Below are positions 13,502 through 27,925 of a stretch of DNA of 64,000 nt, piece by piece. Source of the DNA: Escherichia coli (GTDB lineage Bacteria > Pseudomonadota > Gammaproteobacteria > Enterobacterales > Enterobacteriaceae). The notes under the pieces were generated by a model. That model ran no database searches, had not been told where the DNA came from, and saw nothing but the letters and a program-made list of their open reading frames with translations. The DNA is taken from assembly GCF_003334405.1 (NCBI RefSeq), contig NZ_QOWM01000003.1. One strand, given 5' to 3'. Positions within the stretch are counted from its first letter, which is position 1, and every line of letters begins with the position of its first letter. The position numbers were made by a program, and so were the translations under genes.

Positions 13502-15931
13502 ATGACATTAACAAGACGTGAATTTATTAAACACAGCGGTATTGCCGCTGGAGCGCTGGTGGTGACATCGGCAGCACCGCTCCCCGCATGGGCAGAAGAG
13601 AAGGGCGGTAAAATCCTCACCGCGGGACGTTGGGGAGCGATGAACGTAGAAGTGAAGGACGGCAAGATTGTTTCTTCAACAGGCGCGCTGGCGAAAACCA
13701 TACCGAATTCCTTACAGTCTACGGCGGCGGATCAGGTACACACCACGGCGCGTATTCAGCATCCGATGGTGAGAAAAAGCTATCTCGATAATCCACTGCA
13801 ACCGGCGAAAGGTCGTGGCGAAGATACCTATGTACAGGTGAGCTGGGAACAGGCATTAAAACTGATTCATGAGCAACATGATCGTATTCGTAAAGCTAAC
13901 GGACCATCGGCCATTTTTGCCGGATCTTACGGCTGGCGCTCTTCTGGCGTGTTGCATAAAGCGCAAACCTTACTGCAACGTTATATGAACCTGGCGGGCG
14001 GTTATTCCGGGCATAGCGGCGATTATTCAACCGGGGCAGCACAGGTGATCATGCCGCATGTGGTCGGTTCTGTAGAGGTGTATGAACAGCAGACCTCCTG
14101 GCCGCTGATTCTGGAAAACAGCCAGGTTGTGGTGCTGTGGGGAATGAACCCGCTGAATACCTTAAAAATTGCCTGGAGCAGTACCGATGAGCAAGGGCTG
14201 GAATACTTCCATCAGCTGAAAAAATCTGGCAAACCAGTGATTGCCATTGATCCTATCCGCTCCGAAACCATCGAATTCTTTGACGATAATGCCACCTAGA
14301 TCGCGCCGAATATGGGCACCGACGTGGCACTGATGTTAGGGATTGCGCATACCCTGATGACACAAGGCAAACACGATAAAGTGTTCCTTGAAAAATACAC
14401 TACCGGGTATCCGCAGTTTGAAGAGTATCTGATAGGTAAGAGCGATAATACGCCGAAGAGCGCGGTCTGGGCGGCGGAAATTACTGGCGTACCGGAAGCG
14501 CAGATAGTCAAACTCGCTGAACTGATGGCGGCGAATCGCACAATGCTGATGGCAGGCTGGGGAATTCAGCGCCAGCAATATGGTGAACAGAAACACTGGA
14601 TGCTGGTGACGCTGGCGGCGATGTTAGGGCAGATTGGTACACCGGGCGGCGGTTTTGGTTTCTCTTATCATTACTCCAACGGTGGCAACCCGACGCGTGT
14701 TGGCGGCGTGCTGCCGGAAATGTCTGCGGCGATTGCCGGACATGCCAGCGAGGCCGCTGATGATGGCGGAATGACGGCGATTCCTGTTGCCCGTATCGTC
14801 GATGCGCTGGAAAATCCTGGCGGCAAATATCAGCATAACGGTAAAGAACAAACGTATCCGAATATCAAAATGATCTGGTGGGCGGGTGGCGGTAACTTTA
14901 CCCATCACCAGGATACTAATCGTCTGATTAAAGCATGGCAGAAACCGGAGATGATCGTCGTTTCTGAATGCTACTGGACCGCAGCAGCCAAACACGCAGA
15001 TATCGTATTACCGATCACCACATCGTTTGAGCGCAATGACTTGACGATGACCGGTGATTACAGCAACCAGCATATTGTGCCGATGAAGCAGGCTGTTGCT
15101 CCGCAATTTGAAGCGCGTAACGATTTTGACGTGTTTGCCGATCTTGCGGAATTACTCAAACCTGGCGGAAAAGAGATCTATACCGAAGGTAAAGATGAAA
15201 TGGCGTGGCTGAAATTTTTCTATGATGCCGCTCAGAAAGGTGCCCGTGCGCAACGCGTCACTATGCCAATGTTTAATGCCTTCTGGCAGCAAAATAAACT
15301 GATCGAAATGCGCCGCAGCGAGAAGAACGAACAGTACGTTCGTTATGGTGATTTCCGCGCCGATCCGGTGAAAAATGCGCTGGGTACGCCAAGCGGCAAA
15401 ATTGAAATCTATTCAAAAACGTTGGAAAAATTTGGCTATAAGGATTGCCCGGCACACCCAACCTGACTGGCTCCTGATGAATGGAAAGGTACCGCCGACG
15501 AGAAGCAGTTACAGCTTCTGACCGCACATCCGGCACACCGTTTACACAGTCAGCTTAACTATGCGGAACTGCGTAAAAAATATGCGATCGCCGATCGTGA
15601 ACCAATCACTATTCACACCGAAGATGCTGCACGCTTTGGTATTGCGAATGGCGATCTGGTGCGTGTCTGGAACAAACGTGGTCAGATTTTGACAGGCGCG
15701 GTGGTGACTGACGGGATCAAAAAAGGCGTGGTATGCGTGCATGAAGGTGCATGGCCAGATCTGGAAAATGGCTTGTGTAAAAACGGCAGTGCGAACGTGT
15801 TAACGGCGGATATCCCCAGCTCGCAGCTGGCAAATGCCTGTGCCGGTAACTCAGCGTTGGTGTATATCGAAAAATATACGGGCAATGCACCGAAGTTAAC
15901 GGCGTTTGATCAGCCAGCTGTTCAGGCGTAA
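13502..15931 (+). pseudogene. torZ: TMAO/N-oxide reductase TorZ (BisZ), full 809-codon frame interrupted by two in-frame stops (TAG 14297..14299, TGA 15464..15466)
   Basis: ORFs 13484..14299, 14312..15466 and 15659..15931 are all in the same frame and together give exactly 810 codons from ATG 13502 ([21 protein letters not shown], Tat signal) to the stop at 15931; translation across both stops is continuous molybdopterin-oxidoreductase sequence. Confidence 0.8.
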
Positions 15932-15983
15932 GACGTGAATAGCGCCCGGAAACGGGCGCTGAGGTTATGCAAACGTAAAGCTG

Positions 15984-16082
15984 CCTGATGCGCTATGCTT
16001 ATCAGGCCTACATAGTCCCTGCAATATATTGAATTAGCAAGGTTTTGTAGGCCGGATAAGGCGTTCACGCCGCATCCGGCAG
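15984..16082. repeat. REP elements (two copies) between torZ and cmoB
   Basis: gcctgatgcgctatgcttatcaggcctaca and gtaggccggataaggcgttcacgccgcatccggcag. Confidence 0.7.
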
Positions 16083-16095
16083 TAATACCAGACCT

Positions 16096-18243
<2,148 letters not shown>

Positions 18244-18295
18244 ACAAACTCCCTTTAAAATGGCCGATGGCACCTGTCTATGATAGGTGGCAAAT

Positions 18296-19114
18296 TCAGA
18301 AAAGAGAAGATTGCTGTGGAATAGCCGGAACTGCTCCGATCTCTGGAAGCGTTTTACGTAAGTCTTCCCACAGGGTATGTACCAGTTCCGGTGCCTGGGC
18401 AATGTCTGGCGTATGTAAAAAAAGATAAGGCGTAGTGGTCTGATGCCACTGCGCTAATTTTTGTAACCAGACCTGAAATAATTCCCGGTTTTGCGTCATA
18501 TCATCACTACCGATAAAACGGATCAGCGGATTTGTCGCCGTCAGTACAGCATGTACCGGAACTTTAGGTTTTTTTCGTTGAGCGTCGCGAATAGCTTCAC
18601 TGTGTGGACGTGCTGCATGAACCGGGCGGCTGTCTAAAATCACCCGATTAACGCCGCGCTGATGTAAACCGCGATTAAGCGTTTGTTCCTCTTCTCCTTT
18701 GGCGAAAAACTGTGGATGGCGGACTTCCACGCCATAATTAAATTCGCCAGGAAGAGAATCGAGAAAATGCCAAAGCGCAGGCAGCTCCCGTGGGCCGAAT
18801 GTGGCAGGCAGTTGCAGCCAGTATTGCCCAATGCGCGGAGCCAACGGTGACATGCGGGTCAAAAATTCAGTCACTAAATCATCGCAATGCCGTAATGCTG
18901 CCTGATGCGAAATGGTCGCCGGAAACTTAAAACAGAAGCGGAAGTCATCTGTGGTCTGCTCACGCCAGCGCAGGACAACCTCGGGTTTCGGCAGGGCGTA
19001 AAGCGTGGTGTTGCCCTCCACGCAGTTAAAGTGGCGGGCATACTCTTCAAGGCTGGTGATCCCCAACCGCACCCATTTAGGATGCGACCATTGCGGTAGA
19101 CCGATGTAAATCAT
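18296..19114 (-). CDS. yecE: DUF72-family protein YecE (272 aa)
   Basis: 272-aa [32 protein letters not shown]. Confidence 0.88.
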
Positions 19115-19677
19115 AACGCGTTGAGGATCTCTTCCACGCTACGCACACGGGCGATGCGCGGGTAGATATGGTTGATACTGTTATTGTGCTGCTCGGCGCT
19201 GGCGGCACTACAGGCGTCTTCGGCAATCACCAGATTAAAGCCAAGTTCCCAGGCATTGCGGGCGGTGGATTCAACACCGATATTGGTCGAGATCCCACAT
19301 AACACTATTGTATCGATACCTCGGCGGCGTAATTGCAACTCCAGATCCGTACCGTAAAACGCACCCCATTGACGTTTGATGATTTCGATATCGCTGTCGG
19401 TTGCACCTAATGCAGCAGGATGTTGCCACCAATTTTCGGGCAACACTTTAGCCGGTGAGGGCGCATCGACCGGCTGTTTTAATGCTTCAGCGTAATCGGC
19501 AGACCAGCCAACGCGCACCAGAAACACGGGCTGACCGCTGGCGCGAAATTTCGCCGCCAGCTTCCCGGCGCGATTAACTACCTCATCGGCAGTATGTGGA
19601 CCACCGGCAAAAGGTAAGATGCCTTCTTGTAAATCGATCACCACCAGCGCAGTGGTTTTAGCATTAAGTTCAAGCAT
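19111..19677 (-). CDS. yecD: Isochorismatase-family hydrolase YecD (188 aa)
   Basis: ORF 19111..19710; start placed at ATG 19677 ([19 protein letters not shown]); 4-nt overlap with yecE. Confidence 0.88.
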
Positions 19678-19986
19678 AATGACTCCTGAAAAAACAAAAT
19701 CGTGCCTCACACCTTAATGCGATTAGCCGATGGCGGAACGACAAATTTTGTTAATTTTTATGAGTTCGGGCAACACCTTTATAGCAAACTGGCGTAGAGT
19801 CTGATTTCAGGCCCGATATAAAGTGGTAACGAGGCGTTCCAGCGCGGGCCAGGCTCTTACGGTGCGGCAGAATTTCCAGTATAATAGCCGCCTTTTTTCA
19901 TTCAGTTGTGACATACAGCTAACGCTGCGACTTGGTCACCTGCGCAGCAGGGGGCATCCGCCGGCAGCTAAGTTAAGGGATATCTC

Positions 19987-21759
19987 ATGCGTACAGAATA
20001 TTGTGGACAGCTCCGTTTGTCCCACGTGGGGCAGCAGGTGACTCTGTGTGGTTGGGTCAACCGTCGTCGTGATCTTGGTAGCCTGATCTTCATCGATATG
20101 CGCGACCGCGAAGGTATCGTGCAGGTATTTTTCGATCCGGATCGTGCGGACGCGTTAAAGCTGGCCTCTGAACTGCGTAATGAGTTCTGCATTCAGGTCA
20201 CGGGCACCGTACGTGCGCGTGACGAAAAAAATATTAACCGCGATATGGCGACCGGCGAAATCGAAGTGCTGGCGTCCTCGCTGACTATCATCAACCGCGC
20301 AGATGTTCTGCCGCTTGACTCTAACCACGTCAACACCGAAGAAGCGCGTCTGAAATACCGCTACCTCGACCTGCGTCGTCCGGAAATGGCTCAGCGCCTG
20401 AAAACCCGCGCTAAAATCACCAGCCTGGTGCGCCGTTTTATGGATGACCACGGCTTCCTCGACATCGAAACTCCGATGCTGACCAAAGCCACGCCGGAAG
20501 GCGCGCGTGACTACCTGGTGCCTTCTCGTGTGCACAAAGGTAAATTCTACGCACTGCCGCAATCCCCGCAGTTGTTCAAACAGCTGCTGATGATGTCCGG
20601 TTTTGACCGTTACTATCAGATCGTTAAATGCTTCCGTGACGAAGACCTGCGTGCTGACCGTCAGCCTGAATTTACTCAGATCGATGTGGAAACTTCTTTC
20701 ATGACCGCGCCGCAAGTGCGTGAAGTGATGGAAGCGCTGGTGCGTCATCTGTGGCTGGAAGTGAAGGGTGTGGATCTGGGCGATTTCCCGGTAATGACCT
20801 TTGCGGAAGCAGAACGCCGTTATGGTTCTGATAAACCGGATCTGCGTAACCCGATGGAACTGACTGACGTTGCTGATCTGCTGAAATCTGTTGAGTTTGC
20901 TGTATTTGCAGGTCCGGCGAACGATCCGAAAGGTCGCGTAGCGGCTCTGCGCGTTCCGGGCGGCGCATCGCTGACCCGTAAGCAGATCGACGAATACGGT
21001 AACTTCGTTAAAATCTACGGCGCGAAAGGTCTGGCTTACATCAAAGTTAACGAACGCGCGAAAGGTCTGGAAGGTATCAACAGCCCGGTAGCGAAGTTCC
21101 TTAATGCAGAAATCATCGAAGACATCCTGGATCGTACTGCCGCGCAAGATGGCGATATGATTTTCTTCGGTGCCGACAACAAGAAAATTGTTGCCGACGC
21201 GATGGGTGCACTGCGCCTGAAAGTGGGTAAAGACCTTGGTCTGACCGACGAAAGCAAATGGGCACCGCTGTGGGTTATCGACTTCCCGATGTTTGAAGAC
21301 GACGGTGAAGGCGGCCTGACGGCAATGCACCATCCGTTCACCTCACCGAAAGATATGACGGCTGCAGAACTGAAAGCTGCACCGGAAAATGCGGTGGCGA
21401 ACGCTTACGATATGGTCATCAATGGTTACGAAGTGGGCGGTGGTTCAGTACGTATCCATAATGGTGATATGCAGCAGACGGTGTTTGGTATTCTGGGTAT
21501 CAACGAAGAGGAACAGCGCGAGAAATTCGGCTTCCTGCTCGACGCTCTGAAATACGGTACTCCGCCGCACGCAGGTCTGGCATTCGGTCTTGACCGTCTG
21601 ACCATGCTGCTGACCGGCACCGACAATATCCGTGACGTTATCGCCTTCCCGAAAACCACGGCGGCAGCGTGTCTGATGACTGAAGCACCGAGCTTTGCTA
21701 ACCCGACTGCACTGGCTGAGCTGAGCATTCAGGTTGTGAAGAAGGCTGAGAATAACTGA
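19987..21759 (+). CDS. aspS: Aspartate--tRNA ligase AspS (590 aa)
   Basis: 590-aa [46 protein letters not shown]; class II aaRS. Confidence 0.97.
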   Translation: MRTEYCGQLRLSHVGQQVTLCGWVNRRRDLGSLIFIDMRDREGIVQVFFDPDRADALKLASELRNEFCIQVTGTVRARDEKNINRDMATGEIEVLASSLTIINRADVLPLDSNHVNTEEARLKYRYLDLRRPEMAQRLKTRAKITSLVRRFMDDHGFLDIETPMLTKATPEGARDYLVPSRVHKGKFYALPQSPQLFKQLLMMSGFDRYYQIVKCFRDEDLRADRQPEFTQIDVETSFMTAPQVREVMEALVRHLWLEVKGVDLGDFPVMTFAEAERRYGSDKPDLRNPMELTDVADLLKSVEFAVFAGPANDPKGRVAALRVPGGASLTRKQIDEYGNFVKIYGAKGLAYIKVNERAKGLEGINSPVAKFLNAEIIEDILDRTAAQDGDMIFFGADNKKIVADAMGALRLKVGKDLGLTDESKWAPLWVIDFPMFEDDGEGGLTAMHHPFTSPKDMTAAELKAAPENAVANAYDMVINGYEVGGGSVRIHNGDMQQTVFGILGINEEEQREKFGFLLDALKYGTPPHAGLAFGLDRLTMLLTGTDNIRDVIAFPKTTAAACLMTEAPSFANPTALAELSIQVVKKAENN

Positions 21760-21876
21760 TATGACTCAAATACACGAAATCATTCGCGTTGCATCGAGGC
21801 GGCAACTGAGTGAACTCCCATGAGCATAGATAACTATGTGAATGGGATGAGCGAAGGCAGTCAACGAAGAGGCAGC

Positions 21877-22329
21877 GTGAAGGATAAAGTGTATAAGCGT
21901 CCCGTTTCGATCTTAGTGGTCATCTACGCACAAGATACGAAACGGGTGCTGATGTTGCAGCGGCGTGACGATCCCGATTTCTGGCAGTCGGTAACCGGCA
22001 GCGTGGAAGAGGGTGAAACCGCGCCGCAAGCTGCCATGCGCGAAGTAAAGGAAGAGGTCACCATTGATGTTGTCGCTGAACAACTGACCTTAATTGACTG
22101 TCAGCGCACGGTAGAGTTTGAAATTTTTTCACATTTACGTCATCGCTATGCGCCGGGCGTGACGCGTAATACGGAATCATGGTTCTGTCTTGCGCTTCCG
22201 CACGAGCGGCAGATCGTTTTCACTGAACATCTGGCTTACAAGTGGCTTGATGCGCCTGCTGCGGCGGCGCTCACTAAGTCCTGGAGCAACCGGCAGGCGA
22301 TTGAACAGTTTGTAATTAACGCTGCCTGA
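21877..22329 (+). CDS. nudB: Dihydroneopterin triphosphate diphosphatase NudB (150 aa), apparent GTG start
   Basis: ORF 21820..22329; Nudix box [21 protein letters not shown]; start placed at GTG 21877 ([18 protein letters not shown]) for the expected 150 aa. Confidence 0.85.
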
Positions 22330-22357
22330 ACAGGCAGGGCTATCTGGAGATATTTTT

Positions 22358-23098
22358 ATGGCAGGTCATAGTAAATGGGCCAACACCAGACATCGTAAAG
22401 CTGCGCAGGATGCTAAGCGCGGTAAAATCTTCACTAAAATCATTCGTGAGCTGGTAACCGCGGCTAAGCTGGGCGGTGGCGATCCGGACGCTAACCCGCG
22501 TCTGCGTGCGGCGGTGGATAAAGCACTGTCTAACAATATGACCCGTGACACACTGAACCGCGCAATTGCACGTGGTGTGGGCGGTGATGATGATGCAAAC
22601 ATGGAAACCATCATCTACGAAGGTTACGGTCCTGGCGGCACGGCAATCATGATTGAATGTCTGTCTGACAACCGCAACCGTACCGTTGCTGAAGTGCGTC
22701 ATGCATTTAGCAAATGTGGCGGTAACCTCGGTACTGATGGTTCCGTTGCCTATCTGTTCAGCAAAAAAGGCGTGATCTCCTTCGAGAAAGGCGATGAAGA
22801 CACCATCATGGAAGCAGCACTGGAAGCAGGTGCTGAAGACGTTGTGACCTATGATGACGGCGCGATTGATGTCTACACTGCATGGGAAGAAATGGGTAAA
22901 GTGCGCGACGCTCTGGAAGCGGCAGGTCTGAAAGCAGACAGCGCGGAAGTTTCCATGATCCCGTCTACCAAAGCTGATATGGATGCAGAAACCGCACCGA
23001 AACTGATGCGTCTGATCGATATGCTGGAAGATTGCGACGACGTGCAGGAAGTTTACCATAACGGTGAAATCTCTGATGAGGTCGCAGCGACTCTCTGA
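22358..23098 (+). CDS. yebC: YebC/PmpR-family transcriptional regulator (246 aa)
   Basis: 246-aa [34 protein letters not shown]. Confidence 0.93.
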
Positions 23099-23132
23099 TG
23101 AGGCCTGCTAAACAGCAAAACGGAGACGCGTG

Positions 23133-23654
23133 ATGGCTATTATTCTCGGCATTGATCCGGGTTCGCGCGTGACCGGCTACGGCGTCATCCGCCAGGTAGG
23201 TAGGCAACTGTCCTACCTGGGTAGCGGATGCATCCGCACCAAAGTGGATGATTTACCGTCTCGTCTGAAACTCATCTATGCGGGCGTGACGGAAATCATC
23301 ACCCAGTTCCAGCCTGATTATTTCGCCATTGAACAAGTCTTTATGGCAAAGAACGCTGACTCAGCCCTGAAACTGGGCCAGGCGCGCGGCGTGGCGATTG
23401 TGGCGGCGGTGAATCAGGAGTTGCCAGTATTTGAATACGCGGCACGTCAGGTAAAGCAAACGGTGGTAGGTATTGGCAGTGCCGAAAAAAGCCAGGTGCA
23501 GCATATGGTCCGCACCTTGCTGAAACTGCCCGCTAATCCACAGGCGGATGCCGCCGATGCGCTGGCGATTGCTATCACCCACTGCCACGTTAGTCAGAAT
23601 GCGATGCAGATGAGCGAATCGCGGCTGAACCTGGCGAGAGGGCGACTGCGTTAA
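23133..23654 (+). CDS. ruvC: Holliday junction resolvase RuvC (173 aa)
   Basis: ORF 23130..23654; [18 protein letters not shown]. Confidence 0.95.
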
Positions 23655-23655
23655 G

Positions 23656-24357
23656 TTATACCGCCTCGGTCAGTTCCGGCTGAGGCGTTTCCACTCCCTC
23701 CGCATGAATCAACACCAAACCCGGATGATGCCACAAACTGGCTGGCGTGACGGTTTTACGCTCCCACGGAATAGAACCCAGGAACCAGAATTTCCAGAAA
23801 GTGAGTTTTGCATTCGGATTGCTATTTAACAATTCTCCAAACGTCTCTATTTCACCCACCGGAATACATAGCGCTTCTTTATAAATATCAAAAACAAATT
23901 TTGAACAGAACTGGCGCGAAGATTCGTATTTAAAACCGGTGTGGTAAAGTTTGCGTAGCCGGGAGGGAACCTGTTCAACAATTCGTTGTTTTTGTCGTTC
24001 TGTCAGCCCAGCGTCTAATCGCTTTATAGCATAGCGTTGATTAGACGAACGTTTAATAAAACGAGATAGCGTGGTGATGGTTGAAAGGGGAACCCGGCTT
24101 TCTGCAACCAGGAAGTCTTCACCGTTATGACCGATAATGATCCCGACGTGATTACTCCAGCAATTTGATGCAGCTGATATTTGACCAAATAAGGCAGCAC
24201 CTATACATGTAAAGACGATATCTCCAATTTCATATTCAGCAGGGTAATTAATATTCACGTTGTCATTCCATTGAAATAGATACAAATATACGTAATAGCA
24301 TAAAAAATTTATTTTTTCAGGAGGCGCAATGTATATTTTTATTACGCATTTCTTCAC
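23656..24357 (-). CDS. yebB: YebB (YiiX/permuted papain-like family hypothetical protein); start codon uncertain
   Basis: 233-aa ORF convergent with ruvC and divergent from ruvA; true start may be internal. Confidence 0.7.
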
Positions 24358-24465
24358 TGAATATGTAATATTAAAATATTTGCTTCCAATATAACCTGTA
24401 GAATAAATTATACTGTGCCATTTTTCAGTTCATCGAGACACCTCGCAAGTTTTCTTCATCCTTCG

Positions 24466-24485
24466 CTGGATATCTATCCAGCATT
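24466..24485. promoter_or_regulatory. LexA (SOS) box upstream of ruvAB
   Basis: cgCTGgatatctatcCAGca: CTG-N10-CAG palindrome about 50 nt upstream of the ruvA start. Confidence 0.75.
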
Positions 24486-24532
24486 TTTTTATCATACAGC
24501 ATTATCTTTGATTCATTACGCAGGAGCGTCAT

Positions 24533-25144
24533 GTGATAGGCAGACTCAGAGGCATCATCATTGAAAAACAACCCCCGCTGGTGTTAATTGAAGTGGGCGG
24601 CGTAGGCTATGAAGTGCATATGCCGATGACCTGTTTTTATGAACTCCCTGAAGCGGGTCAGGAAGCGATCGTTTTCACCCACTTTGTGGTGCGTGAAGAC
24701 GCGCAACTGCTGTACGGTTTTAACAATAAACAAGAGCGCACATTGTTCAAAGAGTTGATCAAAACCAACGGCGTCGGCCCGAAGTTGGCGCTGGCGATCC
24801 TCTCCGGAATGTCAGCGCAGCAGTTCGTTAATGCCGTTGAGCGTGAAGAAGTGGGGGCACTGGTGAAACTGCCGGGTATTGGCAAAAAAACCGCCGAACG
24901 CTTGATTGTTGAAATGAAAGACCGATTTAAAGGTTTGCATGGCGATCTCTTTACGCCAGCCGCCGACCTGGTACTCACGTCTCCTGCCAGCCCGGCGACC
25001 GACGATGCTGAACAAGAAGCGGTTGCCGCGCTGGTGGCGCTGGGCTATAAACCACAAGAAGCAAGCCGCATGGTGAGCAAAATCGCTCGCCCTGACGCCA
25101 GCAGTGAAACTTTAATTCGCGAAGCCCTACGCGCCGCGTTATGA
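24533..25144 (+). CDS. ruvA: Holliday junction branch-migration protein RuvA (203 aa), GTG start
   Basis: 203-aa ORF (V)[27 protein letters not shown]. Confidence 0.95.
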   Translation: MIGRLRGIIIEKQPPLVLIEVGGVGYEVHMPMTCFYELPEAGQEAIVFTHFVVREDAQLLYGFNNKQERTLFKELIKTNGVGPKLALAILSGMSAQQFVNAVEREEVGALVKLPGIGKKTAERLIVEMKDRFKGLHGDLFTPAADLVLTSPASPATDDAEQEAVAALVALGYKPQEASRMVSKIARPDASSETLIREALRAAL

Positions 25145-25149
25145 GGTAA

Positions 25150-26163
<1,014 letters not shown>

Positions 26164-26290
26164 GTCGGATTGGTCGCTCGCGCCGCATCCGGCACTGGCA
26201 ATATGCCTGATGCGACGCTGTTCGCGTCTTACCAGGACTACCAGAGATACCGAACCGTAGGTCGGATAAGGCGCTCGCGCCGCATCCGAC
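26164..26290. repeat. BIME/REP cluster (three REP copies in alternating orientation)
   Basis: gtcggattggtcgctcgcgccgcatccggcac, gcctgatgcgacgctgttcgcgtcttaccagg, gtaggtcggataaggcgctcgcgccgcatccgac. Confidence 0.7.
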
Positions 26291-26309
26291 AAATGTGTTC
26301 AGCGATAGA

Positions 26310-27095
26310 TTAGCTGGCCTGCTTTTTCATCATACTGAGAATAAATAACAGTGCCGCACATAGCACCACCGACGGACCCGCCGGCGTATCGTAAACCGCG
26401 GAAAAGGTTAAACCGCCAGTCACTGCCACCATCCCCACCAAAACAGCGACACCAGCCATCTGTTCCGGCGTGCGGGCAAAGCGACGCGCAGTAGCAGCAG
26501 GAATAATCAGCAACGAAGTAATAATCAACGCACCGACAAATTTCATCGCTACACCAATCGTCAATGCCGTCACCAGCATCAACAACAATTTCACTCGCTG
26601 TAATTTCACACCATCAACAAACGCCAGATCCGGGCTTATCGTCATTGACAGCAAATTGCGCCATTGCCAGAACAAAATAGCCACCACGATGACCACGCCA
26701 ATCGCAATAGAGATGAGATCTTCTGGCGTCACTGCCAGCAAATCACCGAACAGGTAAGCCATCAAATCAACACGAATATTAGACATCAGACTCACGACCA
26801 CCAGGCCCAGCGACAGGGCACTGTGCGCCATAATCCCTAATAACGTGTCGATCGCCAGCTGTGGACGCTTCTCCAGCCATACCAGACCGCCCGCCAGCAG
26901 CAGCGTAACGGCAATCACCGCATAGAATGGATTCACGTCCAGCAACAAACCAAACGCGACGCCAAGTAATGAGGCATGAGCCAGCGTATCACCGAAATAA
27001 GACATACGACGCCAGACTACAAACGAACCCAGCGGACCCGCGGCACAGGCGAGCATGATCCCGGCTAACCAACCGGGAAATAATAATTCAATCAT
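26310..27095 (-). CDS. znuB: Zinc ABC transporter permease ZnuB (261 aa)
   Basis: 261-aa polytopic membrane [43 protein letters not shown]. Confidence 0.95.
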
Positions 27096-27847
27096 GAGCG
27101 ATCATTTCCCCGACGCAAAACAATTCGTCCCTGTAAATCGTGACGATGGTTATGATGATGGCGATAGATACCCAGTTGTTCAGCACCACGAGGACCAAAC
27201 ATTGAAATAAACTCCGGATGCAGGGAAACAACTTCCGGTGTGCCGGAACAACAAATGTGGTGATTCAGGCACAGCACTTCATCGGTTTTTGCCATCACCA
27301 GATGCAGATCGTGAGAAACCATTAAAACGCCACAATCCAGTTCACGACGCAGTTGGTCAATAAGGTCATATAACGCCACCTGGCCATTTACATCCACGCC
27401 TTGAGTGGGTTCATCCAGCACTAATAATTGCGGGCGATTTAACAATGCTCGCGCTAATAGTACACGCTGCGTTTCGCCACCAGAGAGCTTTTGCATCGGT
27501 GCGTTAATCAGGTGCCCGGCCTGGACACGTTTCAGTGCAGGCAAAATATCTTCTTTATGTGTACCAGGGCGTAAGCGTAAAAAACGGTTTACGGTCAGTG
27601 GCAACGTGGTGTCGAGATACAGCTTCTGCGGTACATAGCCGATGCGCAGTTTTCCGTTGCGCTTGATAACCCCTTCATCGGGTGTTACCAGCCCGAGCAC
27701 TACCCGTACCAGTGTCGACTTACCTGCGCCATTTGGCCCAAGTAAAGTCAAAATTTTTCCAGGTTTAAGTTCCAGCGACACATCAGAGAGGACGCGGCGT
27801 TGGCCAAAAGAAACCGAGACATTTTCCAGGGAAACCAGACTTGTCAT
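27092..27847 (-). CDS. znuC: Zinc ABC transporter ATP-binding protein ZnuC (251 aa)
   Basis: 251-aa ORF with Walker [10 protein letters not shown] and ABC signature LSGGETQR; 4-nt overlap with znuB. Confidence 0.95.
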
Positions 27848-27871
27848 GTTAATTTTAGTCTTGCAGTAGTC

Positions 27872-27896
27872 ATGAAATGTTATAATATCACACTTC
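27872..27896. promoter_or_regulatory. Zur box in the divergent znuA / znuCB promoter region
   Basis: tgaaatgttataatatcacacttc, an AT-rich palindrome resembling the Zur operator GAAATGTTATAnTATAACATTTC. Confidence 0.65.
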
Positions 27897-27925
27897 TCAT
27901 ATTCATTACGATTATTGGTCGCATT

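Noticed and set aside
13484-15466. Treating 13484..14299 and 14312..15466 as two separate genes
   Set aside because: Both are in the same frame as the 15659..15931 ORF, and read-through translation is continuous TorZ sequence of exactly the expected total length; they are fragments of one gene interrupted by stop codons.
15464-15466. In-frame TGA in torZ as a possible selenocysteine codon
   Set aside because: TorZ-type TMAO reductases are not selenoproteins; the TGA is at codon 655, far from where Sec sits in formate dehydrogenases, and a second stop (TAG) elsewhere in the gene points to ordinary nonsense mutation.
15941-15960. Hairpin agcgcccg-gaaa-cgggcgct directly after torZ as an intrinsic terminator
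   Set aside because: No U-tract follows the stem; it is more likely part of the adjacent REP-rich region than a canonical terminator.
20155-21333. 392-aa ORF antisense to aspS
   Set aside because: Shadow ORF of a highly expressed aaRS gene; the translation is Arg/His/Phe-rich with no protein-like features.
22340-23059. 239-aa ORF antisense to yebC
   Set aside because: Cys/His-rich shadow ORF; yebC on the plus strand is full length.
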